From: Candidatus Fermentithermobacillaceae bacterium
GTDB taxonomy: Bacteria; Bacillota; Sulfobacillia; Fermentithermobacillales; Fermentithermobacillaceae
NCBI GenBank assembly: GCA_012512325.1
Contig: JAAZEL010000038.1
Location: 10,518-74,517, forward strand
Reading direction: 5' to 3'
DNA length: 64,000 nucleotides
Part shown: in pieces, positions 9,347-18,014 of the stretch
How positions within the stretch are numbered: position 1 is the first letter of the stretch
Layout: the number at the start of each line of letters is the position of its first letter
The notes under the pieces: generated by a model
Databases searched by the model: none
What the model was told of the DNA's origin: nothing
The model's input: only the letters and a program-made list of their open reading frames with translations
Translations under genes and position numbers: made by a program

Positions 9347-10567
9347 TCACCGTTTGGTCAGGGTAAGCTTTACACGGGCCGGTTTGATATCCACTTGCAG
9401 CATGTCGGGATCGGTCCCTTCAGGAGCTTTTATCCTGTACGCAACCACCAGATCCGCTGTACCCTCTGTTCTGCCGTAGGCATCTATATATACTGTTATG
9501 TCGTCCTTGGCAATTTTATCTAAGATGTCGCTCCGCCCTGTGATGTTAACGTTCACTATGGCCGGATCGATCTCCCAAGCATAGCCCACAGGCGGAGACT
9601 CAAGTTGCACGATCACGCCCTCGTAGGTCTCGGTAGTGATGTCTTCAACGATTTCAACAGTAATGAGTACGCGGCCGTCCTGCACGGTCACCCCCTGGGG
9701 CAGGTCCAATGTGGCCTGGTGCAAGAAGGTACTGTCTTTTCCGGTGACGTCAATGGGTTTGGTGGAAATGTGGCCTATGTTTCTCAGCACCGGCTCAGGC
9801 GCCCTTATTTTCACCTGGGCAGGGCTGGCTGAAACAGGCCCTACGGCAAACCCGGCCTTTGGCGTACCGGCCACCACTGCTTGTACAGGTACGATCTTTG
9901 ACGGCGGAAGAGAATTGAGAGGCACGGTGACATGCACCTGATTGGGTTCAAGGCTCACTCCCGGGACTTCGTTGCCGGCTGAGTCACGGGCCGACAGCTT
10001 GACCAATTGAGTTATGGCTTCCCGGGCACCTGAGACATCGACGGAACCCTGTACATATTTCACCCTTTCCACCAGCCTCTTGGGCCCTGTGACCCTTACG
10101 GTGCCGGCGGAAGGTATGGGATCTCCTCTTTCGAAGTCTTCGTGGGGTGTACCCAGCGTTTCAATGGCCACGTCTACGTTGGCAGAAGACATAACGTCCA
10201 CATGGAAACCGGCCGTCTGCGGGCTTATCTCTACAATCTTAACCCCGTAAGGTGCATCAACCGATAATTCGGCGGAAAACGTACCTTCCTGCGCCTCAGA
10301 CAGGTCAGCTACCGCCTTCAATCGCTCTTCATCGATCTCGTCAAGGGTCCTGGCGCGGCCTTCCAACACCACGTTCACCTTAGGCGGATCGCTGGACACG
10401 ATAAGGATTTCCTGAGGCACGTTCTCCGGAACCACGTCCACCGCCAAGACCCGCCTCTCCAAAGGGTTCTTGTCGTTGAACACCTGGACCCAGACGATGA
10501 GAGCCAGGATAACCGATATTATCTTCGCGGTATAATCGTCAGTCAGCATCTTACGTATCATTTCCAA
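9347..10567 (-). CDS. cdaR: CdaR (YbbR-domain regulator of diadenylate cyclase)
   Basis: 406 aa. N-terminal TM helix followed by repeated YbbR-like beta domains. Sits between cdaA and glmM as in B. subtilis. Overlaps cdaA by 10 nt. Confidence 0.8.
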   Translation of the reverse strand: MEMIRKMLTDDYTAKIISVILALIVWVQVFNDKNPLERRVLAVDVVPENVPQEILIVSSDPPKVNVVLEGRARTLDEIDEERLKAVADLSEAQEGTFSAELSVDAPYGVKIVEISPQTAGFHVDVMSSANVDVAIETLGTPHEDFERGDPIPSAGTVRVTGPKRLVERVKYVQGSVDVSGAREAITQLVKLSARDSAGNEVPGVSLEPNQVHVTVPLNSLPPSKIVPVQAVVAGTPKAGFAVGPVSASPAQVKIRAPEPVLRNIGHISTKPIDVTGKDSTFLHQATLDLPQGVTVQDGRVLITVEIVEDITTETYEGVIVQLESPPVGYAWEIDPAIVNVNITGRSDILDKIAKDDITVYIDAYGRTEGTADLVVAYRIKAPEGTDPDMLQVDIKPARVKLTLTKR

Positions 10568-11370
10568 AGCCTCCGGCTGGAAATGTAACCGGCCCCCTGT
10601 ACGCCAAGGGCCTCCAGGAGCTTCTCCCTCAAGGTCTTGGCATCAAGCCCCCTGATTAGCCTGCCTCCCGAGGCGAGGGACACTGTGCCCGTCTCCTCGG
10701 ATATCACTATGGCCACTGCATCAGATACCTGGGTGATGCCCAAGGCGGCCCTGTGCCTGGAACCCAGTTCCACCGTGACAGGATCCTGAGTTGGAGGAAG
10801 GAAGCTGGCAGCCGCCGCGACCCTGTCCCCTCTTATAATGACGGCGCCGTCGTGCAGGGGGCTCCCATATACGAAGATGTTCTCAATTAGCTGGCTTGTG
10901 ACAAAGCCGTCGATGCGGACGGCGTCCTCCATGTATTCTTCCAGGCCCGTCTCCCGTTCCAACACAATGAGTCCGCCGGTTCTCTGAGCAGACAGGCTGA
11001 AGCACGCAGCGACCAGTTCTTCCACGATCTTCTCAACGTCGTGTTCTTGGAAGCGGAACAGGGTGCGGGAAAACAGCCTGCCTCGTCCTATCTGCTCAAG
11101 CCCTCGCCGCAGCTCGGGCTGGAACACAATGGGCAGGGCTACAAGCAACATGGTCCTTACCTGGACCAAGATCCAGTTGATGGTATAGAGCCTCGCCCAC
11201 TGGGTTACGGACACGAGGACAAACAGGAAGGCAACCCCCTTGAGCAGCTGAACGGCTCTTGTCCCACGGATTATCGTGAAAATCTTGTAGAACAAATACG
11301 CCACCACTGCGATATCCACTATGGCCAGGAGCACGTCCTGCCAGGTGAAGAAACGAAGCTGTTCCAGCAA
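10558..11370 (-). CDS. cdaA: diadenylate cyclase CdaA (DisA_N/DAC domain, membrane-anchored)
   Basis: 270 aa. Three N-terminal TM helices. DAC motifs DGAVIIRG and ...HRAALGITQVSDAVAIVISEETG. Confidence 0.9.
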   Translation of the reverse strand: MLEQLRFFTWQDVLLAIVDIAVVAYLFYKIFTIIRGTRAVQLLKGVAFLFVLVSVTQWARLYTINWILVQVRTMLLVALPIVFQPELRRGLEQIGRGRLFSRTLFRFQEHDVEKIVEELVAACFSLSAQRTGGLIVLERETGLEEYMEDAVRIDGFVTSQLIENIFVYGSPLHDGAVIIRGDRVAAAASFLPPTQDPVTVELGSRHRAALGITQVSDAVAIVISEETGTVSLASGGRLIRGLDAKTLREKLLEALGVQGAGYISSRRLWK

Positions 11371-11556
11371 GAACCGTCCACTTCCTTTCCGTACGTCTAT
11401 AGGATATCATTCGTCCGCTGCTTAAGGAAACCTTTTTTGTCTGTTTATCTCAGTCTCAAAATCTGTCAGCTCCCATCTGTCTGGGTTTTGGTCCTTTGCT
11501 TTGCTCGGGTATTGTGTATTATTGGTAGTGACACACTTGTACAGGAGGTGGACGCC

Positions 11557-12120
11557 ATGGCCGTCTTGTTCGAGGCTCCGGGACGGCACAACACAGAGGA
11601 AGTTGCCCGGCTGGCGCTCAAACGGGCCGGGGAATTGGGCATAGCTTGCATAGTCGTGGCCTCAAACACAGGGTACACCGCAGACTTCTTTGTGGGGAAA
11701 GGCCCGAAGACGGTGGTTGTAACCCACCATGTAGGGTTCCGTGAGCCCGGGTTTGACGAAATGAGCCCCGAAACCAGGGAGAGGCTGAAAACGCAGGGCG
11801 CAGAAGTGTTAACCACCACTCACCTGTTCGCCAATGTAGAGCGGGCTGTTACCAATAAGTTCGGCGGGCTCTACCCGGGAGGCCTGATTGCCCACGCCTT
11901 GCGGATGTTTTCCCAGGGTACCAAAGTAGCGGTTGAGATCGCCGTCATGGCCCTGGATGCAGGCCTCATCCCTTACGGAGAGCCTGTAATCGCAGTAGGC
12001 GGCACGCGCAGGGGAGCCGATACAGCCCTGGTACTCATACCGGCTCACGCCCACTCAATATTTGACACACAAATTCTTGAGATAATCTGCAAACCCAGAA
12101 GGCCAAGAGACGCAAACTAA
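11557..12120 (+). CDS. pyruvate kinase C-terminal (alpha/beta) domain-like protein
   Basis: ATG at 11557 preceded by AGGAGGTG. The track ORF from 11041 is an antisense-of-cdaA extension. Sequence ...CIVVASNTGYTA...VAVEIAV resembles the PK_C fold. Confidence 0.55.
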   Translation: MAVLFEAPGRHNTEEVARLALKRAGELGIACIVVASNTGYTADFFVGKGPKTVVVTHHVGFREPGFDEMSPETRERLKTQGAEVLTTTHLFANVERAVTNKFGGLYPGGLIAHALRMFSQGTKVAVEIAVMALDAGLIPYGEPVIAVGGTRRGADTALVLIPAHAHSIFDTQILEIICKPRRPRDAN

Positions 12121-12127
12121 ACCAGAG

Positions 12128-12940
12128 GTGAGCGCAAAGATGATTGATCTTTCGGATATTGCGGGCTTCCCCGTTACCCTGAACGACGATGGCTTCCTTG
12201 AATTCGGCCAGGGCGTTATGGCGCCGGAACCTGAGGCCAGAAGGCGCAGTGATATGATTGAGGTATTGCTGTATCCTGAGCAAGGCGGGCCAGACGTTCT
12301 GTATCACATGTACAGGGCCACAGGCCTTGAAAAGGACAGGATACCTATGATGAATGCCCGCTTGCGATACGATATCACCGTAATCCATCCGGGCAAGATT
12401 GGTTCGGAATACATAAAGACCTTCGGACACTACCATCCCATGGCCCCGGGACAGCTGTATACATACCCCGAAGTGTACCAAGTGCTTCACGGCAAGGCCC
12501 ACTTCCTGATGCAAAAAGGCGGAGATGTCACAGGTGAGATCGAAGACTTCGTTATCGCCGATTTTGAAAAGGGGGATATCTTGCTAATCCCGCCGTTTTA
12601 CGGCCACGTGACGGTCAACCCCGGAAGCGAGCCTTTGGCGATGGCCAACTGGATTGCCAGGGATTTTTCGTCAATATACGACCCGATCAGGGCCAGAAAA
12701 GGTATGGCGTATTATAATGTTGAATACAGGGGCCAGAGCATTTTCATGCCCAATGACAGTTACAGCACTCATCCCAAGCCCAGGCTCCAACAACCCGGAG
12801 ATATACCGGAACTTGGCTTGTACAGGGGGAAAAGCATGTACACGTCGTGGCAGGAAGGTGCTGACTTGAACTTCCTGGTCAAGCCCCACCTGTACGCCAA
12901 GCTTTGGGAGTCCGTAGGGGCCGGGAAGGCCGGGAGCTAG
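12128..12940 (+). CDS. pgiA: cupin-type glucose-6-phosphate isomerase (cPGI)
   Basis: GTG start. Both cPGI signatures are present: TFGHYH...PEVY and IPPFYGHVTVN (PPx3Hx3N). Confidence 0.75.
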   Translation: MSAKMIDLSDIAGFPVTLNDDGFLEFGQGVMAPEPEARRRSDMIEVLLYPEQGGPDVLYHMYRATGLEKDRIPMMNARLRYDITVIHPGKIGSEYIKTFGHYHPMAPGQLYTYPEVYQVLHGKAHFLMQKGGDVTGEIEDFVIADFEKGDILLIPPFYGHVTVNPGSEPLAMANWIARDFSSIYDPIRARKGMAYYNVEYRGQSIFMPNDSYSTHPKPRLQQPGDIPELGLYRGKSMYTSWQEGADLNFLVKPHLYAKLWESVGAGKAGS

Positions 12941-12969
12941 TCTGTGGGAATCTTTGGATCGAGGTTGAT

Positions 12970-13866
12970 GTGGGCTTGAACCCAAATGCCAGCATCGTCA
13001 TAATTACAGGCTTGTCGGGCGCAGGGAAGTCACATGCCCTAAAGACCCTGGAGGATCTTGGGTACTTCTGTGTGGACAACCTCCCCCCGTCCCTGATACC
13101 CAAGTTTATGGAGCTTTGCTCCCAAGGAGTTGAGCCCAGGGAAAAGATCGCCCTGGTTGTGGACATCAGGGGAGGCGAGTTTTTCCAGGACCTTGCCGAT
13201 GCCATGGAACAGATGACATCGGCCGGGATAAGCCCGCTGATCTTGTTCCTTGAGGCAGATGACGACACTTTGATCAAACGTTACAAGCTCACGCGTAGGA
13301 GACACCCCTTGTCCGGCCAAGGGGGTATCCTGGAGGCAATCAAGACAGAGCGGAACCGCCTCCAATCCATCCGGGACCGGGCCACCACAATCGTGGATAC
13401 GTCAAACATGACCCCGGCCGATCTCAGAAGGGAACTGCTTGAGATTGTTTCCCACCACACCAAGATAAAGAAGCTGCTTATTACGGTAATATCCTTTGGG
13501 TTCAAACACGGCCTGCCAAAAGACGCAGACCTTGTATTTGACGTGCGGTTTCTGCCCAACCCCCATTACGTACATGAATTGCAGCCTCTCACAGGGCTTG
13601 AACCCCAGGTATCCAAGTTTGTGCTGGATTCACCCCTAACCAAGAGGTTCCTGCGCCACCTCACGGCATTCATGGACTTCCTGCTACCCAATTTCATCGA
13701 AGAAGGCAAGACCCACCTCACAGTCGCCATAGGATGTACCGGAGGACAGCACAGGTCGGTGGCAATAGCTGAAACCTTGAAATCCTATTTTGAGTCCAAG
13801 GAACATATGGTTGTTGTAGAGCACAGGGACATACACATTGGAGAATCCGGAGGTCCTGACGGGTGA
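12970..13866 (+). CDS. rapZ: RNase adapter protein RapZ (YvcJ)
   Basis: P-loop ITGLSGAGKS near the N-terminus. Start set at the GTG at 12970 (GAGGT 4 nt upstream). The track ORF begins at the TTG at 12904, inside the pgiA 3' end. Confidence 0.8.
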   Translation: MGLNPNASIVIITGLSGAGKSHALKTLEDLGYFCVDNLPPSLIPKFMELCSQGVEPREKIALVVDIRGGEFFQDLADAMEQMTSAGISPLILFLEADDDTLIKRYKLTRRRHPLSGQGGILEAIKTERNRLQSIRDRATTIVDTSNMTPADLRRELLEIVSHHTKIKKLLITVISFGFKHGLPKDADLVFDVRFLPNPHYVHELQPLTGLEPQVSKFVLDSPLTKRFLRHLTAFMDFLLPNFIEEGKTHLTVAIGCTGGQHRSVAIAETLKSYFESKEHMVVVEHRDIHIGESGGPDG

Positions 13867-14840
13867 AACGGCAACTCAGTCCCAAGATCGTGGTCATAGG
13901 CGGGGGTACAGGCCTGGCTACCGTTCTGAGAGGACTAAAGGCTTACGATTGCCATATCACGGCCATTGTCACCGTGGCAGATGACGGGGGCAGCTCAGGG
14001 GTACTTCGCAAGGATATGGGGATCCTTCCCCCGGGGGACATCAGGAACTGCCTGCTGGCCCTGGCGGAAGCCGAGCCTGAAATGGCGGCCCTGTTCAACC
14101 ACAGGTTCTCCAAGGGCAGCCTAAAGGGACATAGCTTCGGCAATCTGTTCTTGGCAGCCATGACCGAGATGACAGGCGACTTTCAGGAAGCCATAAGGGC
14201 CATGTCCCGCATCCTGGCAGTAAAAGGCAAGGTGCTGCCGGCCACCTTGAGCGACGTGTCCCTGGTAGCCGAAATGGAAGACGGTTCGGTAGTGCTGGGC
14301 GAAGCAGCCATCCCTCTCGCCAACGGAAGAATCAAGAAGCTCAGCTTGCATCCGGAAGATCCTCCGGCCCTGGATGACGCAGTAGAACAAATCCGGGATG
14401 CCGACGGGATCATAATAGGGCCCGGAAGCCTTTTCACGTCCGTTATCCCAAACCTGTTGGTCAGGGGGATAAGGGAGGCCATCAGGCAATCTCATGCTTG
14501 CAAACTCTATATATGCAATGTCATGACCCAGCCGGGTGAAACCGACGGCTTCGCCGCCCTGGATCATGTGAGGGCCATAGAAAGGCACGCGGGACCGCTG
14601 TTTTCCCATGTCCTGATCAACACCGCAGGTGCTCCCAAGGATGTGCTGAGGAAGTATGCAGAAGAAGGCAAGTATCAGGTGGCCGCCGATTTGGAACAAC
14701 TTAAGCAAGCAGGCTACGAGCTCATATCCGGTGACTATCTTGCAAAAGGCGATTTGGCAAGGCACGATTCACTGAAAGTGGCAGCCGCCATCACGGCTTT
14801 TGTCGACTCCCACTTCCGGAAACAAGGAGCAACTGCTTAG
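13863..14840 (+). CDS. yvcK: gluconeogenesis factor YvcK (UPF0052/CofD-like)
   Basis: 325 aa. KIVVIGGGTGL...VADDGGSSG. rapZ-yvcK-whiA synteny. Confidence 0.85.
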   Translation: MKRQLSPKIVVIGGGTGLATVLRGLKAYDCHITAIVTVADDGGSSGVLRKDMGILPPGDIRNCLLALAEAEPEMAALFNHRFSKGSLKGHSFGNLFLAAMTEMTGDFQEAIRAMSRILAVKGKVLPATLSDVSLVAEMEDGSVVLGEAAIPLANGRIKKLSLHPEDPPALDDAVEQIRDADGIIIGPGSLFTSVIPNLLVRGIREAIRQSHACKLYICNVMTQPGETDGFAALDHVRAIERHAGPLFSHVLINTAGAPKDVLRKYAEEGKYQVAADLEQLKQAGYELISGDYLAKGDLARHDSLKVAAAITAFVDSHFRKQGATA

Positions 14841-14862
14841 GGACAGGTACGTTCGGAATCCA

Positions 14863-15756
14863 ATGAAAACCGGAAGAGACACATTTTCCAGAACGCTTAA
14901 AGAAGAGTTATCCAGGGTTGAGATAACCGGTGCATCTCAAGCCTTCTGGGAGGACTATGCCATAAGGAGCCTCCTAGAAGGCGAAGGCTGGATGCCTCAA
15001 AATCCAACCCAGGCAGAGCAAAACCGGGCAAGCCCCAAACGGCAGGCATTAACTCCCGGCACACGGGCAAGGCCGTACCTTCTGCGCAGGCTGTTTTACC
15101 TGAGAAAAAAGCTGTCAGGAACTGAACCAGCGCTGTCAGGAGTTGAAACCGCAAGCAAGGCCGGCCTGGACGACCCCCGAAACAGGCGGAGCTACCTGCG
15201 AGGAATATTCCTGGTAAGAGGTTCCCTTATATCCCCCGTCCGCGGCCACCATCTCGAAATAGCTTTGCCCACTCAAGAACAAGCTTCCCTTGTGAGGAAG
15301 CTCATAGCCGGCGAAGGGCTCAAGAGTGGGATGGTCAAGCGACGCTCCGCGTGGGTGGTTTACCTCAAAGACGCCGATGACATCTCCCAGTTCCTCGCCC
15401 TCCTGGGAGCGACACGTTCGGTGCTTAGGTACGAAGACATCAGGGTGCAGAAAACGGTCAAGAGTTCGGTTCTGAGGCAGATGAACATGGACAAGGCCAA
15501 TTTGTCGAGATCCGTTGAATCCAGCGTGAAACAGATCGAAGATATCCTACTGCTCGATGAGGAAATCGGGCTAAAGCGGCTTCCCAGGGCCCTCCGAGAG
15601 ATAGCAGAAGCCAGGCTGAACAACCCGGAGCTTACCATGGAAGAACTGGGCCAAACCCTCAATCCCCCTATATCGAAATCGGCGGTAAACCACAGGATAA
15701 GGAGGATAGCCCAGAAAGCCGAGAGTCTACGGAACAAATACAAGAGGGAGCAATGA
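14863..15756 (+). CDS. whiA: sporulation/cell-division regulator WhiA
   Basis: C-terminal HTH and RRSYLRGIFLVRGS...YHLEI-like core conserved. Start set at the ATG at 14863 (MKTGRD...) to avoid overlap with yvcK. Confidence 0.85.
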   Translation: MKTGRDTFSRTLKEELSRVEITGASQAFWEDYAIRSLLEGEGWMPQNPTQAEQNRASPKRQALTPGTRARPYLLRRLFYLRKKLSGTEPALSGVETASKAGLDDPRNRRSYLRGIFLVRGSLISPVRGHHLEIALPTQEQASLVRKLIAGEGLKSGMVKRRSAWVVYLKDADDISQFLALLGATRSVLRYEDIRVQKTVKSSVLRQMNMDKANLSRSVESSVKQIEDILLLDEEIGLKRLPRALREIAEARLNNPELTMEELGQTLNPPISKSAVNHRIRRIAQKAESLRNKYKREQ

Positions 15757-15880
15757 CCTGCCCCCTGAAATACAGTGCTATACAACCCCTATACAGCCCT
15801 CTTGCAGCGGGCCATATCCTCTTAGCCGGACTTCCGCCCCGGAGTTCTCCGCGATGTGGGTTTCAAGTACAGCGGCGGTA

Positions 15881-16267
15881 TCACTCCAGTTCAATCTCTA
15901 CCCGGTGCCCTTCCTCATCATCCTCCACGTCGATGATCTTGCCTTTGCTGCCGCCGTACATCAACGCCGCCCTGAGCTGGTTCAAGTCTATGCCCATCTC
16001 GTCAAGGTCCGGGCCCCCCATGGAAATAAACTTACTTCCCGTCCTGAGCGCCCAGTCCACCAGCCCCACAGGCAGGTTTACCATCACTTTGGGCTTGTCT
16101 TTCCCCCGTTCGGTGATGCGTACCCTCAGCCATTTGGCTTTTGTCCGCTCCGCCGGTTCAGCTTCCCCGGCCTGAGGTTCAAGGGCTTCAAGAAGCTTCA
16201 GGGCTTCGTCTACGGATATCTTGCCCTCTTTCAGCATCTGCAAGATTCGAATGCGTTCCCCTTCCAT
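15881..16267 (-). CDS. small protein with N-terminal SHOCT-like helical motif (ILQMLKEGKISVDEALKLLEAL)
   Basis: 128 aa. Shares its N-terminal motif with the adjacent DUF4097 protein. RBS AGGAGGG. Confidence 0.55.
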   Translation of the reverse strand: MEGERIRILQMLKEGKISVDEALKLLEALEPQAGEAEPAERTKAKWLRVRITERGKDKPKVMVNLPVGLVDWALRTGSKFISMGGPDLDEMGIDLNQLRAALMYGGSKGKIIDVEDDEEGHRVEIELE

Positions 16268-16281
16268 ACCAGGCCCTCCTT

Positions 16282-17376
16282 TCAGAACACAACCCGGATC
16301 TTGCCGTTGTTGGTGGTAGCCTTTATGCGTCCTTTCACTTGAGCGTCATCGAACCCGCGGGACCGGGCCTTGTAACGCCGCCTCTGCCTGCCCATCACTT
16401 GTTCCTCCACCGCTTCCAAGTCGTCCAGGCCTTCAACTGTGATGCCACCCGATCTGGCCGTCAAATCAAGCTCATAGGCTGCGTCCTCATCCTTGCTCAC
16501 ATTGACGGTGATGCGTCCGTTGGCACTGCTAAACTTCCAGTTACCTGTTCCCTTTAGATCCGCAGTGACAGCCCCGTTGGCGGTTGAAGCCTCCAACTCA
16601 CCGGCAACCCCTTGGTACTCTATCCTGCCATTGGCCGTGCTCACCCTGGCCTTGTCAAACTCGCAGCCCAATGCCACAACCCGTCCGTTGGCACTGCTCA
16701 TGGAGCAGCTGCTTCCAAGCACATTCTCAGCGACTACCCTTCCGTTGGAAGATTTGATGTTCAACGAAACCTTTCTTGAACCAGGCACTCTCAACAAGAA
16801 CCTTACAGACATGTTCCTGAAGACCGGGTCAAGATCGGTGATGGCTTTGGCCTCCAGGGACAACCCGTCATGTTTGAACTCGTAGCAGCCCTCAAGCGCT
16901 TGCTTGGCTTCATCTTCATCCCTGCCATCCACCCGTTTGACCACCGTGAGCAGGTAACCCGGTTCGTCCCAGGCCTCGACCACCACTCGGCCGTTGGTAG
17001 TGGTGAGGGTAACATCGATTTCGCCTTCATCAGGAAATTCACCCTTGATTTCATCTGTGAGTTCAAACCGCGGACCGCCAAAGGAGCGGTCTGCGAAGAT
17101 CCGGGAGATCACTTTCCCGATATTGCCTGCCACGCCCTGGGCGATGTCGCCCGCCCTTACCGCAGCTCCTTCAACTTTTTGCCTTACGACGTCTTCGATG
17201 TCGGTTTCCCATGGCAACCCTCGGGACAGCCCCTCCGATATCCCTTGCGTTACCCCATGAGGCAGTTCACGGGGTTTTCCGGGTTCTAACGCGTTTAGCA
17301 GTTCAACCCCTTGTTCGGGTGTGATCTGCCCGTCGGCCACCATCTGCAAAATCAGGGTTTTCTCTTCTTTGGACAT
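16282..17376 (-). CDS. DUF4097 beta-strand repeat protein (YvlB/LiaG-like putative adhesin)
   Basis: 364 aa. Repeated SSNGRV/STANGR beta-helix-like units. N-terminal LILQMVADGQITPEQGVELLNAL motif. Confidence 0.75.
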   Translation of the reverse strand: MSKEEKTLILQMVADGQITPEQGVELLNALEPGKPRELPHGVTQGISEGLSRGLPWETDIEDVVRQKVEGAAVRAGDIAQGVAGNIGKVISRIFADRSFGGPRFELTDEIKGEFPDEGEIDVTLTTTNGRVVVEAWDEPGYLLTVVKRVDGRDEDEAKQALEGCYEFKHDGLSLEAKAITDLDPVFRNMSVRFLLRVPGSRKVSLNIKSSNGRVVAENVLGSSCSMSSANGRVVALGCEFDKARVSTANGRIEYQGVAGELEASTANGAVTADLKGTGNWKFSSANGRITVNVSKDEDAAYELDLTARSGGITVEGLDDLEAVEEQVMGRQRRRYKARSRGFDDAQVKGRIKATTNNGKIRVVF

Positions 17377-17538
17377 GGGACTTCCTCCTTGCCTGCTGCG
17401 CCCGGCCTACTGCATGCCGGGCATGTGTCGGACACGGTAGTCTTCCTTGGCCTCAAGCATGCAACCGGCAACCACCACGTGCTCGTCATTCACCCGACAA
17501 TTGGCCCCCTACCGGCCGGAACGCTCCATTCATCCCTA

Positions 17539-17943
17539 CTACTTGAGGTTTCTCAGCAACCGGACAGCTTCTGAAGCGGAAATCTCACCCCGAGCAAGTA
17601 TATCAAGTATCTGCTTGCGCTTCTCGGCTTGCTCCCCGTCACCGGAGTGGCCTGACTCGGAATCCACCGGGTACCCGAGGGCTCTGATCAGTGCCTCCAG
17701 ACGCCCTCGGACCGTCGGGTAAGAAATGCCCAGTTCCTTTTCAACTTCCCTGATGTTCCCGCGGTTCTTGATGAAAACTTCTGCGAAGTGCTTTTGTTCT
17801 TCGGTCAGGCTGCAAAACTTACACATCTTGAAGCTACCTGATATCGTTGTGTTGCACGCGGGGCATGTCAACTGGGTTACTTCCAAAGCTTCAGAACATA
17901 CCGGGCAACGTCCGATTACTTCTCGTCTCACTTCTATCCCCAC
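17539..17943 (-). CDS. DUF2089-like zinc-ribbon + HTH protein with C-terminal SHOCT-like motif
   Basis: 134 aa. CPVCSEALEVTQLTCPACNT zinc ribbon, HTH (ISYPTVRGRLEAL), and a C-terminal ILDILARGEISASEAVRLL motif. Confidence 0.65.
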   Translation of the reverse strand: MGIEVRREVIGRCPVCSEALEVTQLTCPACNTTISGSFKMCKFCSLTEEQKHFAEVFIKNRGNIREVEKELGISYPTVRGRLEALIRALGYPVDSESGHSGDGEQAEKRKQILDILARGEISASEAVRLLRNLK

Positions 17944-18014
17944 CTTCTGGCATTAATGATACGAGGAAATCTTTAAAATGTCAATAGCAATATTAATCTT
18001 TTTAAGGCGAGATG

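Noticed and set aside
11041-11556. N-terminal 172 codons of the 359-aa track ORF 11041..12120
   Set aside because: This part is antisense to the well-supported cdaA gene and has a low-complexity translation. The downstream ATG at 11557 has a strong AGGAGGTG RBS and starts the conserved PK_C-like domain.
14863-15300. Possible frameshift in the N-terminal domain of WhiA (atypical sequence TGASQAFWEDYAIRSLLEGEGW...)
   Set aside because: Alignment by eye with B. subtilis WhiA keeps a single frame, for example ARRIYTLLKK matching LRRLFYLRKK, and RSYLRG is conserved. The N-terminal domain is just divergent.
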